Sequence record: LC819006.1
Length of the DNA stretch: 64,000 nucleotides
Reading direction: 5' to 3' (one strand)
Below, in pieces: positions 38,393 through 48,300 of the stretch. Made by a program: the position numbers and the translations under genes. The notes under the pieces were generated by a model. It had not been told where the DNA came from. It searched no databases and was given only the letters and a program-made list of their open reading frames with translations. The first letter of the stretch is position 1. The number at the start of each line of letters is the position of its first letter.

Positions 38393-39049
38393 TTACTGAC
38401 CGCCCATCATCTCGTGGATGATCTTGAGCGTATGCAGTCCGCTGTTCTTGGCGAGCACGAAGCTCGACTGCGGCCGGCCCGGCGGGATAACGACTTCATT
38501 CGTTACCTTGTCATAAGGGAAGCCGAACATCTGCGACATCGTGACCAGGTCATACGTGTTACCTTGACGCCAGTCAGGCTCCATGTGGTTGGCGAGCTTG
38601 CTACCTTCGATACCCGAGACCAGATCGACAGCATAGCCGATCTTGTTCTCGCTCTTGGTCTTCTCGAAGTACACCACGTTCAGGCCCGGATAGGCGACTG
38701 CCAGGAACAACAAGCGGTCGTTGTGTGCATCGTACAGGTTGATCGTCGAGCACGGGGGGACCGGAGTGCCGTCGATCTGGACGAACATCGCACTGACGAG
38801 GCGTCCATAATACTCCTCCAAATTCTCCGTCTTCTCGGTGAAGATGAGTTCATTGGTGGTCAGCGTCGATTCCGGGAAATGCGACGAACCCGTGAAATCC
38901 GCGCAGGAGCAACCTGCCTGAAAGACACCGCGCAGATCTTCGGTTTGCTCACCGTATTCCGAGATCAGGAAATCCGCGCTCTTTTTAACCACTTCCGACG
39001 TAACTTCGATGACACGGAAGATATTCACTTGCGAAAGCTTAACCGACAT
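38393..39049 (-). CDS. hypothetical early protein, paralog of the C-terminal domain of 39114-39947
   Basis: Start moved to MSVKL (AGGGG RBS); shared motifs described in the findings. Confidence 0.7.
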   Translation of the reverse strand: MSVKLSQVNIFRVIEVTSEVVKKSADFLISEYGEQTEDLRGVFQAGCSCADFTGSSHFPESTLTTNELIFTEKTENLEEYYGRLVSAMFVQIDGTPVPPCSTINLYDAHNDRLLFLAVAYPGLNVVYFEKTKSENKIGYAVDLVSGIEGSKLANHMEPDWRQGNTYDLVTMSQMFGFPYDKVTNEVVIPPGRPQSSFVLAKNSGLHTLKIIHEMMGGQ

Positions 39050-39113
39050 TTTAATCCCCTCTGTTATAAAAAGAAAAAGGCCCCGAAGGGCCTCCTGTAT
39101 TGCGTGCTGCTGA

Positions 39114-39947
39114 TTACTTCGCGATGACTTCGGCTTGCGTAGGAGCCAGCGGGATCTTGAAAGATTCCTTTTCAGCATCCCAGGGAAGGCCGAAGAAGTC
39201 TGCCATCTTCTTCCAGTCGCCCTTCACCTTTTCCCAGAAGGAACCGGCACCGCCGTCTTCCTTATTGTAGGAAAGCGAGAAGCGATCGTCGTCACGATGC
39301 TCGACGTGCGTGATGACTTGGTTCACGCCAGGCGACAGAACCTTGACCCACAGGTGGGCCTGGAAGTTCTTTTCGTGAACCGTGATCGTCTTGCCCGGCT
39401 GGATGAATTCACCAGCTTCATCGACGAACACCATCTTCTTCAGGATGCTCGGGATATCCTGGCGATCCATGAAGCCGCCCGACAGTGCGACGAACTTCAC
39501 ATAGTCCGTCATCACCAGAGCGATCCCGAATGCATCGCGCATGCGTATCACATCTTCGCCCTGAGCCTTGGCCAGATCACTCAGCCACACAGCAGCTTGA
39601 CCTTCCGGCAGCTGACCGACGGTCATCGTCTTGAGGACGCGGCCGTTGTTTTCCGAAACGGGCTCTTGCGGAACGGCGAGTTCTTGCTTATTCATCTTGT
39701 TCTCCAGAAGTTCATTACGGGTCGGTTGCAACAACATCCATGCGTCGTTGTCCGAGACGTTCTTGGTAAGTTCAATCTTACCCTGATTCATGAGACCCGT
39801 CAACGTTTCGAGGATCTCTTCTTCAGTCGCTACAACTGCCTGGCGCGCCACCTTATGCTTGATGGCTGCCAGCGTGCAGCTGATTTCCTGAGCCGGGTTC
39901 AGCAGAGCGTTCAGGATAGCGACTTGCAGGTTGATTGCGTTGTTCAT
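39114..39947 (-). CDS. hypothetical early protein: putative winged-helix N-terminal module plus a paralogous C-terminal domain, with an internal start at 39695
   Basis: GGAG RBS at both 39947 and 39695, same frame. Confidence 0.68.
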   Translation of the reverse strand: MNNAINLQVAILNALLNPAQEISCTLAAIKHKVARQAVVATEEEILETLTGLMNQGKIELTKNVSDNDAWMLLQPTRNELLENKMNKQELAVPQEPVSENNGRVLKTMTVGQLPEGQAAVWLSDLAKAQGEDVIRMRDAFGIALVMTDYVKFVALSGGFMDRQDIPSILKKMVFVDEAGEFIQPGKTITVHEKNFQAHLWVKVLSPGVNQVITHVEHRDDDRFSLSYNKEDGGAGSFWEKVKGDWKKMADFFGLPWDAEKESFKIPLAPTQAEVIAK

Positions 39948-40018
39948 GTTTTTTCTCCAGAGAAAAGAATTGTAGCGGAGTCGATCATTCGACTCCATTG
40001 GGGTTGTACTTCTACTGC

Positions 40019-40240
40019 TTAAACTGCTGCTTGGAAGGTCAGCGTGTTGATCTTGCCAGCCTTGAACAGAGCGCGTTCGATGCGCATCATGCGGCTGTCG
40101 ATCTTCTTGCTGATTGCTTCGAAGCGACCGAGGTTATTCGTCTTGCGTGCTGCTTCCTTAGCTGCCTTAGCTGCTTCGAGCTTAGCGGCCAGCTTGTTAA
40201 CGCGTGCATTGAAAGCGATTGCCTTGAGGATCTTGTTCAT
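40019..40240 (-). CDS. small, very basic Ala/Lys-rich helical early protein, 73 aa
   Basis: GGAGAACAAC-ATG; first gene after the promoter motif at 40315-40324. Confidence 0.72.
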   Translation of the reverse strand: MNKILKAIAFNARVNKLAAKLEAAKAAKEAARKTNNLGRFEAISKKIDSRMMRIERALFKAGKINTLTFQAAV

Positions 40241-40314
40241 GTTGTTCTCCTTGGGTACTAAATTTTGGCCATACGGGAAAGGGTATTCAGGCTTCATTGC
40301 TGAATGTCACCCGA

Positions 40315-40324
40315 GTTATATATA
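40315..40324 (-). promoter_or_regulatory. putative early promoter core TATATATAAC
   Basis: Preceded by TTTTCA, similar to the copies at 1575 and 61981. Confidence 0.55.
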
Positions 40325-40403
40325 GTTGAAAATCTTTGGAATGCGATTTTTTACAGCAAAAAAAGATAGCACTCTCCAGGGGCCGAAGCCCCTGGAGAGT
40401 ATG

Positions 40404-42014
40404 CTATAAACCTAATGTTGCGGTATGGTGCATTGTCGTGGAGATCAACGCCCTGTCTTTCAGCAAGTCTTTCTTGGACTTGTGATAGCTCATGTGTTTC
40501 GCAATGTTCATGCACACGAAGTACACAAACGTGGGAACACGATCCGAACCATAAAGCTTCTTAAGATCACGTAAGCGACCCAAAGCTTGCAGGTTAGACT
40601 GAATCGAATCGATAGCAACCGTCATGATCACTGTCGTCAGATTCGGGATGTCGATAGCCGTGCCAGCCTTTTGCAAGGTAGCAAAGATGACGTCAGCGCC
40701 AAGCGCATCAATCAACGAATCCCCCTGGTTGTATTTCGCCAACTTCAGTTCAGGCATCAACTGCTTGTAGTACATCATCGCATCTTCACACATCTTTCGA
40801 GTTGCAAAGTAGATGAGGCACTTCTCGCCATCCTTTCTTTCGAAGAAATACGTCTTACGCATCACATCGTAAATCATCAAATAATACTGCTTGTACAACT
40901 TACTTGACCGATGCAAAGACTTCTCGAACTCCACATGGGAATACGACGTTCTTCCCCTTGCCGTTGTTTTAAGACGACGCGGTTCGTGAATATCGAACAT
41001 CCATGCAACAGTCCGAGCGTACTTCCTGTACTCAGGCACCCGCATCCGGTTCTTATCCGGATACGCCATCTGGTACATGTCCATCAGAAACTGGTTACGA
41101 TTCACCAGAGTAGCGGACAACGAAACGGACTGCTCGATATGTGTGTACAGATCGAACAGGAAGTTAGCATGAAAGTCCTGGTGCGTTTCGTCAATGATCC
41201 GGAAACCAAAGCCGCACGCCTGCATGAACTCCCACGGGAAGATACGGAAGCCAGGAACGTATTCGCCAGGTGGCAACTTCTCCTGATCCGAAATCCAGTT
41301 ACGCATGGTGGCGTTTGAAATGAAGACGAATGTTGGCTCCAACCAACCGTCCATCAGTCCATTGATCAGCCAGATGAGTTTTTCTGATCCGCCTTTATTG
41401 TTCTCGCCGCCAATCAGCAGGATCTGCGTAGGTGCGATGTCACATTGCTTCATGACATCATCACGCCACTTATCGAGATAGCCGGGTTTCATGAACCCAA
41501 CAGTCCGATAGCCCCAGTGAGCGGCTGCGAAAATCGACATGGCTGACTTACCGCCGCCAGTCTGCATTCCCACCAGTTTTGAAACGATCTCGGGATTTTT
41601 CAACTGCTCCACGATGTCAACTTGATCGGGGAACGGCTTAAAGAAATCCTTGATCTTGATCTCTACTTTTGCCGACTCGTAAGTCGGTTCAGTTGTATAA
41701 GTTACGTCCTCAGGTCTGGCGCCTGCTCGCTCCAGAATGTTTTTGAAGTCGGGCAAGCTGTTGATGTGAAAACGGTACTCCAGATCGGGATGATTCCAAT
41801 CGTATTCGAGCGGAGGTTCGTTTATACTTGTTCTTGTCGGCGGGGAAGAGTAGGAATCTTTGAAGTCGAGAAACTTCTCGCCTCCTGCTTCATCCCAGTC
41901 CCAATGCTCGAACCAGGATGCAAATTTTCCCACGATCTTTCGCGCCGCCGGTGACTCTTCGCCAAACTTCACTGTGTAGTGATGGCTAAAGATCCGGACG
42001 TTTAGCTTACTCAT
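40404..42014 (-). CDS. superfamily 2 (DExH) helicase (phiKZ gp75-like)
   Basis: Walker A GMQTGGGKS, DETH, SAT, QALGRLR; start could instead be the TTG at 42044. Confidence 0.88.
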   Translation of the reverse strand: MSKLNVRIFSHHYTVKFGEESPAARKIVGKFASWFEHWDWDEAGGEKFLDFKDSYSSPPTRTSINEPPLEYDWNHPDLEYRFHINSLPDFKNILERAGARPEDVTYTTEPTYESAKVEIKIKDFFKPFPDQVDIVEQLKNPEIVSKLVGMQTGGGKSAMSIFAAAHWGYRTVGFMKPGYLDKWRDDVMKQCDIAPTQILLIGGENNKGGSEKLIWLINGLMDGWLEPTFVFISNATMRNWISDQEKLPPGEYVPGFRIFPWEFMQACGFGFRIIDETHQDFHANFLFDLYTHIEQSVSLSATLVNRNQFLMDMYQMAYPDKNRMRVPEYRKYARTVAWMFDIHEPRRLKTTARGRTSYSHVEFEKSLHRSSKLYKQYYLMIYDVMRKTYFFERKDGEKCLIYFATRKMCEDAMMYYKQLMPELKLAKYNQGDSLIDALGADVIFATLQKAGTAIDIPNLTTVIMTVAIDSIQSNLQALGRLRDLKKLYGSDRVPTFVYFVCMNIAKHMSYHKSKKDLLKDRALISTTMHHTATLGL

Positions 42015-42121
42015 CGTGCAAAAAACCCCATAGGCATAGCTCAAAGGATTGGGCTACTGTATGTTTTATCGAGGTTCGATTAGAAAAATTAATGGAGAGA
42101 CCGAAGTCTCTCCATTACACT

Positions 42122-42934
42122 TTACTGCGTCAGATCGGCAACAGAACGTTGTCCGGAAACTGCGTAACCGTTCGCATAGAACAGCTTAACGAAAGCATGC
42201 AGCTTTTCATCCTGCCGCATTGCTTCACGCAAAGACAACCAGCCTTCATTCTGATACACGCGCTGGATCCTCAGCTGGAAAGGCTGGGACTTGATGTACA
42301 GCATCGTCTCGCCCGAAGGATCGTTGTGTTGCACGACGTCGTTCGGAGTACCGCCTACCACCCATGACACACGAATCGTGTTCATGTCAGGATAGTAGTT
42401 CAGCGTTCGAGGCGTGTTATAGATCGGTGCGTTGGGCGTTAGATCGTCATCGTGGAATCGGGTATAAACACCCAAGCGCTCGTACTGATAGTCGTTCTCG
42501 CGTAGCACTTCGTGGATATCGCATCCGCCGAAATGCTTATAAGCTCCTTCAATCAGCATGAGTACATCGTCGGCAAATGCCGTAGCCGGATCGTACTTCT
42601 TTTCCTCTCCACGCATCGTGCGATAAAGAGGACGAAGGTACATATGCGCGAGGTAGACCTTACGCAATCCCTGGATGACTTTCAATAACGTACCCCATCC
42701 AGCATCCACCATGTGGATAGGAATGGAAACCCTGCGACCCTGTGCTACTTGAATGGGAACATCGATGTAGGGCGCATCACTGCCGATACGATAGCCATCG
42801 AGGTCTTTCTTGTAGGACAGATAGAACTGCACTCTTTCTTGGGACGCATGGGTCAGGAAGACTCCGGTTTGTCCGTTTTTCGTTTCGAACGTATCGAAGA
42901 TCTTGCACGACAGAACTGCATTTTCCATTTTCAT
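42122..42934 (-). CDS. hypothetical protein
   Basis: Start moved to MKMEN (GGAG RBS). Confidence 0.68.
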   Translation of the reverse strand: MKMENAVLSCKIFDTFETKNGQTGVFLTHASQERVQFYLSYKKDLDGYRIGSDAPYIDVPIQVAQGRRVSIPIHMVDAGWGTLLKVIQGLRKVYLAHMYLRPLYRTMRGEEKKYDPATAFADDVLMLIEGAYKHFGGCDIHEVLRENDYQYERLGVYTRFHDDDLTPNAPIYNTPRTLNYYPDMNTIRVSWVVGGTPNDVVQHNDPSGETMLYIKSQPFQLRIQRVYQNEGWLSLREAMRQDEKLHAFVKLFYANGYAVSGQRSVADLTQ

Positions 42935-43020
42935 TTTAAAACACTCCACTACGGATTTACGCCCCCAAACTGGGGGCAAAGGGAACAGCCGCTTTAACCC
43001 GCGGCTAAGGGCTACTACAC

Positions 43021-45027
43021 TTACACTCTTGGAAGCAATTCTGGATGGAGTATGGCGTCCATCGGATGATCAGGACGATTCTTGTTGATGAACGACTCAA
43101 CCGAACTGAAGATGATCGTATGTTTTTCGAACGCCATCGTCGCTGCGAGTGAACGCATTGCCATGGCTCTCGACATAACACCGATACCACGCTTACTCCA
43201 CGGCTTGCTGAGTGCGTAGTTACCTTCCTTCGCAGAACGTACCGAAATCCCGTAAACCGCCACAGAGACCTGAGCCATGTTGATGGTCAGCTCACTATTG
43301 AGCAGTTCGTAGGTATCCAGCAGGAATTGATCCACGTCAGTAAACTGATCGCGAATCTCTTCACGTTTCACTTCCGACTCGATGTGGGATTTGAACCCCA
43401 ACGAGAAGTCGATCAGCGAATCGTTCTTCATCGGCACGAACGCAAAGGGCTTGCGATAATCCCAGTTGCTCATGTCGATGACGAAGTTGTTCTTATCGTC
43501 AATCTCCCAATACTGCTCTTTCACATACTTCAGCATGTCATGACTGAACGACGCCATGCGTTTGCCGGTACCGAGGATGAACGGGCGACGATCCACATAC
43601 TCGACCTTGCCCTTGTGTTCGATCTCCAGAGACATTGAGCCGATTTCCGTAATACGACCGATAGAAACACGATCGATGTCGGTGAGATACATCACGTCGG
43701 TCAACGATTTTCCTTCGTCGTGACTGATGATCATCTTGTAATTCATGCCCTTCATGTTCTCTGTGAAGTAATACGAAATACCATCGCGACCAACTTCGAG
43801 GTACTGTGCATCTTCTTCATCGATTCTCAGCTTCTGCACCACGCTGTTAGCCAGGTAATGCTTCTTCGACAACTGACGCTGAATAATGAACGCGTACAGG
43901 TCGGTGGTCATCAACTGACCGAGATTGGTACGTTTCGGAATCGTCAGGCTGATTGCACCCAGACAGCATTCGCATACGCCGTTCGGATCCGGATGCGCAC
44001 AATGGTTAATGTTGCGTGCATGAATGATTTTCCCGATCAGATGCTCATCGGTACTTTTCAGTTCGTACAGTGTTTCCGTCGGATCTTCAGGCAGCGTATA
44101 ATACACGCCTTCGTTCAATTCCAGATCGCTTGCGGTCAGATCGTTTTGCTCGCGAATCTTGAACGGAATGAAGCTCTTCGTACCACAGTCGCCAGGATGC
44201 ACGTTCATCAGGATTTCATTCAAGATTTCCTGACGCCGTGACTGATACACTGCATCTTCCAACTCAGCTTTGGTAGCTTCGATGGCCTGCGATGCCTTAC
44301 GCGACTCGACCATGTTGTCATACAACGTACGATGGCCGTCGGTATAATTCGACATCAGCGGATACTTGAAGATCTCACCGCCCAGATCCTCAATGTAACC
44401 AGTCGGCGCAATTGCCTGAACCAACTGGTTCGTCTTGATGACGCCCGCTCGCGCCATGCGGACCGCACGGTTGTTCATGATTTCGGGAATCGTCGATTTC
44501 GCAATCAACTTCGTGATTCCCTGAGTCGTTCCCAACACCGACTCTTCCGTGGGTCGCATCTTTTCCAACAGATCGGCGATCTCGGGCACCTTGAACAACT
44601 TGATGACATCCTTGATGGACACGGTCGAAACCGACGTACCCATCTTGACTGCCAGCAGATTGTACATGACATTCCCATACTCGTAAAACTCTTTGGTGAG
44701 TTCTTCGAGCAGGTCATAGTCACCGAATCGTCCAGTCTTCTTGTACGCTTCGTAGATGTCCCAGTGGATGATGTTCAACAAGTCCATGTGCATGTTCTTG
44801 TGGAACGTCTTCTTCGCCATCGAGTTGGAGATGTGATGACGCTTTTTCAACGGGATCGGACGCTTGCGAATCCAATCCCACATCGGCATCGTGAAGTTGG
44901 TTTCACGATCGTTGGTGAGCAACTGGCCGTCCTCGAACTCCAGATAAAACTCACCGGTCAGTACGTCGCTGAGTTCCCAATGAGAATACTTCAGCAAATC
45001 CTCGGCTGGAAAGATAATGTCTGACAC
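43021..45027 (-). CDS. non-virion RNA polymerase beta'-like subunit, C-terminal part (phiKZ gp74-like)
   Basis: GDCGT, and the HCAHPDPNGVCECCLG zinc site; adjacent to the beta subunit gene. Confidence 0.82.
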   Translation of the reverse strand: MSDIIFPAEDLLKYSHWELSDVLTGEFYLEFEDGQLLTNDRETNFTMPMWDWIRKRPIPLKKRHHISNSMAKKTFHKNMHMDLLNIIHWDIYEAYKKTGRFGDYDLLEELTKEFYEYGNVMYNLLAVKMGTSVSTVSIKDVIKLFKVPEIADLLEKMRPTEESVLGTTQGITKLIAKSTIPEIMNNRAVRMARAGVIKTNQLVQAIAPTGYIEDLGGEIFKYPLMSNYTDGHRTLYDNMVESRKASQAIEATKAELEDAVYQSRRQEILNEILMNVHPGDCGTKSFIPFKIREQNDLTASDLELNEGVYYTLPEDPTETLYELKSTDEHLIGKIIHARNINHCAHPDPNGVCECCLGAISLTIPKRTNLGQLMTTDLYAFIIQRQLSKKHYLANSVVQKLRIDEEDAQYLEVGRDGISYYFTENMKGMNYKMIISHDEGKSLTDVMYLTDIDRVSIGRITEIGSMSLEIEHKGKVEYVDRRPFILGTGKRMASFSHDMLKYVKEQYWEIDDKNNFVIDMSNWDYRKPFAFVPMKNDSLIDFSLGFKSHIESEVKREEIRDQFTDVDQFLLDTYELLNSELTINMAQVSVAVYGISVRSAKEGNYALSKPWSKRGIGVMSRAMAMRSLAATMAFEKHTIIFSSVESFINKNRPDHPMDAILHPELLPRV

Positions 45028-45040
45028 GAATTAACCTTCC

Positions 45041-47320
45041 TTATTTAAAAAGTTTTCTAATGAAACCGCTGGCCCTGCGAGCCATGTTCGCTGCCGAGCG
45101 TGCCATACGTTGGAACGTGCTGGTCGCTTCGAACAGATACTCGCGCTTCTTGTCGATATAGGCATCGCGGTGTTCGATGTCCGGATCCTTGTACTTCTGG
45201 AATACGAACTTGTAGCCATTCATGTCCAGAATGTGCTTGAAGAGTTTGAGGGCCCGATTGTTGCCAAGCGGTACGTTGTTGCGATCCACACCACGTTCGA
45301 TATTGGTCGGCGTTTTCGAATCGAGAATCGAGTACACATACTCGCGGTGAGTAGCGAGAGAGTTGTTTCGATCCAGCAGATCGGCTGCCACCTGCCCACC
45401 ACAATACGACATGATGATCCGCAGTTCTGCTTCGGAGATTGCTTTGACTGCCTGCGTCTTGGCCGGATTGGAATACTTATCCGAACTCGTGACTTGCCCG
45501 AGGACACCCAGATGCTGAACCTTGGCCGTATTGGTTGCGATCCAGTCGTCGGAAATCTTTTCGAGCAGCATGAAGTACTTGTGGCCCATCTCGATGTCTT
45601 CTTCGGTCCATACCCACTCGCCCGAATAATCGCGATACTCCACAGGTCCAACACGAGGCGGGAACTCCGCTTCACATGCTTCAACTGCCTGACGCCATGC
45701 GGTCATGTTGTGCGTCGGACTGAGAATGTGGATGCATGGGAACTTCATCAGCCATGACAAATGCAGTGCACGCTTTTCAACATCGTCGAATTGCGCACTC
45801 GTGTAATGCTCGTGCATTGTCGGGCTGAGAATCTCATACAGCCTCATCAGGTCGCCCCAAACCTGGTCATACGCCTGCTGACGCTTAGGCATATCTTCCA
45901 GGACTTGCTTTTGGGTCGGCTGATCATCCGGTCCAAGCTCGATCGTGTCACGAACCGTCACCAGGAACTCACGAGTCACCTGATTGAAATACGGCTCATA
46001 CAGGCCGCCGAAGTTTTGCCGGTTAAACGGCGACTCCGGAGACATGACCACTTCAGCGCGAACACCATACTGGTTACGCGGCATTTCGTTGTCAGGCAGA
46101 ACGTGACACACAACGCCCTTGTCGCCTGCACAACCAGTTGCCTTGTTACCGATGTTCGGCAGAATGTTGTACTTGATCTTGAACTCGACACGCCAATCAT
46201 CGATCGGTGCTTTGTGATACAGCTTTTGCACCACGTCGCCGATGTCGTAATCCGTCATCGCACATGCTTCGAGAACGAGGCGATGGAATTCGTCCGTCAG
46301 ATGCATTTCGCCACGACGCTGACGATACTGCTCGTTGTAGACGTTCAGGATTTCTCGATAGAAGCGATCGGTCAGATCCTTGTAATACTCAACCTGATCA
46401 TTCATGCCGTTAGGCAACGAACGATTGTCATGATAGACCATGATGTCGATGATTTCGCCATCGCCTGCGCGAGTATACAGCTTGTCATCGTAAGTCATGT
46501 CCAGCATACGGGTATCATGAATACCCATGCTGCACACCGCGAGTCGTTCATCGAACTCACGAGTGGCCATCAGCAGGCCGTCAGGACGAATGCGCTCACC
46601 TACGTCCTTGAAGATTTTATAACGCTTGCGCGGGTCTTCACTCCGCGGGTCGCCGAACATATTCAGGCCATAACGGTTTTGGCCCCAGCTAGCAGTACGA
46701 GTCTCAATCATGTTGAAACTCATCTTCTTCAGTGCGGACTCCGAAATCAGAATACCGTCTTCAGATACTGCTGGGTGACTCATGTTGGCGAACATGAGAT
46801 TCAGACCATAGCCGTAACCACCACCAGCTTTAATCGATGGCGATGTGAGGAATTCGGTCCCTTCCTCGAAACTTGCTCCTTTTGCAATGCGAGCCCAGTC
46901 GCTCGTTTTCTTATACTGGAAACCGAAGTACTGGTGTTCCAGCGAATAGTCTCGCAGATCCAGACAGCCGATCGGTCGGCCAGGATTTTTCAAATCGACA
47001 TAGATCGCGATCCTTTGAGGATTCGTGATCGTGCTGCCGATAGTACGAGAGCGCGGAAACCGATCGATGACCGCAAGAATCTCGATATCACTCGGTGCTT
47101 TAACTGAAAAACAATACTCCCCGAATCGTGCTTCAGTCCCTGTTTGCCAATAGCGCTCCTCCGAGCCAGAGATGACAAGTGCTTGCGGCAAGTGCCCAGC
47201 GAACATCACCTTCCGAGGACCACTGTTTACATCGACCCATGGATCCATGGAATTGTTTGAGAGAAACTCCGCGTGGAGCTCGCTTGGATGACGGGCTAAT
47301 ATTGTCATTGATCCATCCAT
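45041..47320 (-). CDS. non-virion RNA polymerase beta-like subunit, C-terminal part (phiKZ gp71-73-like)
   Basis: SGPRKVMFAGHLPQAL, SEDGILISES, GNKATGCAGDKGVV...EMP, RQNFGGLYE, SEAELR: RpoB motifs; uninterrupted. Confidence 0.88.
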   Translation of the reverse strand: MDGSMTILARHPSELHAEFLSNNSMDPWVDVNSGPRKVMFAGHLPQALVISGSEERYWQTGTEARFGEYCFSVKAPSDIEILAVIDRFPRSRTIGSTITNPQRIAIYVDLKNPGRPIGCLDLRDYSLEHQYFGFQYKKTSDWARIAKGASFEEGTEFLTSPSIKAGGGYGYGLNLMFANMSHPAVSEDGILISESALKKMSFNMIETRTASWGQNRYGLNMFGDPRSEDPRKRYKIFKDVGERIRPDGLLMATREFDERLAVCSMGIHDTRMLDMTYDDKLYTRAGDGEIIDIMVYHDNRSLPNGMNDQVEYYKDLTDRFYREILNVYNEQYRQRRGEMHLTDEFHRLVLEACAMTDYDIGDVVQKLYHKAPIDDWRVEFKIKYNILPNIGNKATGCAGDKGVVCHVLPDNEMPRNQYGVRAEVVMSPESPFNRQNFGGLYEPYFNQVTREFLVTVRDTIELGPDDQPTQKQVLEDMPKRQQAYDQVWGDLMRLYEILSPTMHEHYTSAQFDDVEKRALHLSWLMKFPCIHILSPTHNMTAWRQAVEACEAEFPPRVGPVEYRDYSGEWVWTEEDIEMGHKYFMLLEKISDDWIATNTAKVQHLGVLGQVTSSDKYSNPAKTQAVKAISEAELRIIMSYCGGQVAADLLDRNNSLATHREYVYSILDSKTPTNIERGVDRNNVPLGNNRALKLFKHILDMNGYKFVFQKYKDPDIEHRDAYIDKKREYLFEATSTFQRMARSAANMARRASGFIRKLFK

Positions 47321-47369
47321 TCTGTTTTGAAAGTTGAACTGTCGGGAACTTCTAGACAGTATCCAAGAT

Positions 47370-47379
47370 ATGATATATT
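47370..47379 (-). promoter_or_regulatory. putative early promoter core AATATATCAT
   Basis: About 50 bp upstream of the nvRNAP beta gene; identical to the copy at 52538. Confidence 0.55.
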
Positions 47380-47415
47380 TCTCTAATATTTTATATAGGC
47401 CGTTAAAGGATTCCT

Positions 47416-47757
47416 ATGCCTGCCATTCTGGATAACATCGATAACCAAGGTCCGGCGATTTACTATTCCGAAACCTTCAGACAGATGATCGAGGATCACC
47501 TGACTGTTCTCAAAACGATGTCGACCACCCAAGTCCGCACCATCACCGATGATGACTGGGCGACGTTGTACAAATATGAAGGAGACTTCTACGGTCTTCT
47601 TGGCGCATTGCAGGTTGACCGCAAGTATCATTGGACCGTGATGCGCATGAATGGTTTCCGTAGCCGATTTGAAGCTACGGACGACATCGCTCAATTGATG
47701 CTGCCTGACTGGACGTACGTGGACAAGCTCGCACAGCTGAGCAAAGAGAAGAAATAA
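47416..47757 (+). CDS. small conserved phiKZ-like protein, possibly a LysM/gp53-like baseplate fold
   Basis: YEGDFYGLL...HWTVMRMNG pattern; lone plus-strand gene followed by a GCGA-loop hairpin. Confidence 0.55.
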   Translation: MPAILDNIDNQGPAIYYSETFRQMIEDHLTVLKTMSTTQVRTITDDDWATLYKYEGDFYGLLGALQVDRKYHWTVMRMNGFRSRFEATDDIAQLMLPDWTYVDKLAQLSKEKK

Positions 47758-47812
47758 ACAAAAGAAAATACTACTGGATCCCGCGAGGGATCCAGTAGTA
47801 CCTTATGCCGTC

Positions 47813-48300
47813 TTAACGACGGTAGTAGCGGTCACGCCGATCGTAACGATCATCCCGATCATCGTAATCGCGATCGCGACGAGCGCGGTCACGGATGTCG
47901 CGGATACCACGACGACGATCATTGCGATCGTAATCACGGTCATCATAGTCACGATCACGGCGGCGACCATAACGCTCGCTGCTACGTTCTTCATCGCGCA
48001 GTGCATCACGCAATGCCGGATTATCTTCGAAGATATCTCCGGTACGTTCGCGGCGACGATCGTCATAGTCACGATCATCACGGCGATCGCGATCACGCCG
48101 GCGGTCATCACGATCGTAATCACGATCGCGCGAACGACGGTCATCGTAATCACGCTCACGGCGACGTTCACGCAGTTCGCGTTCTTCTTCTTCGCGACGC
48201 TCGCGTTCGAGTCGTTCTTCACGTTCACGCAACTCACGCTCACGCCGTTCGAGTTCACGACGTTCACGATCTGCTGCGCTGCGGGCTTCACGTTCGCTCG
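47813..48300 (-). repeat. low-complexity coding repeat (DRDYDD / RDRR units)
   Basis: Recurrent ATCGTAATC / ATCACG on the plus strand; no constant repeat-spacer periodicity. Confidence 0.8.

Noticed and set aside
47813-48300. Repetitive DNA as a possible CRISPR array
   Set aside because: The repeats are degenerate, in frame and encode the R/D tail; there is no constant repeat with unique spacers and no cas gene.
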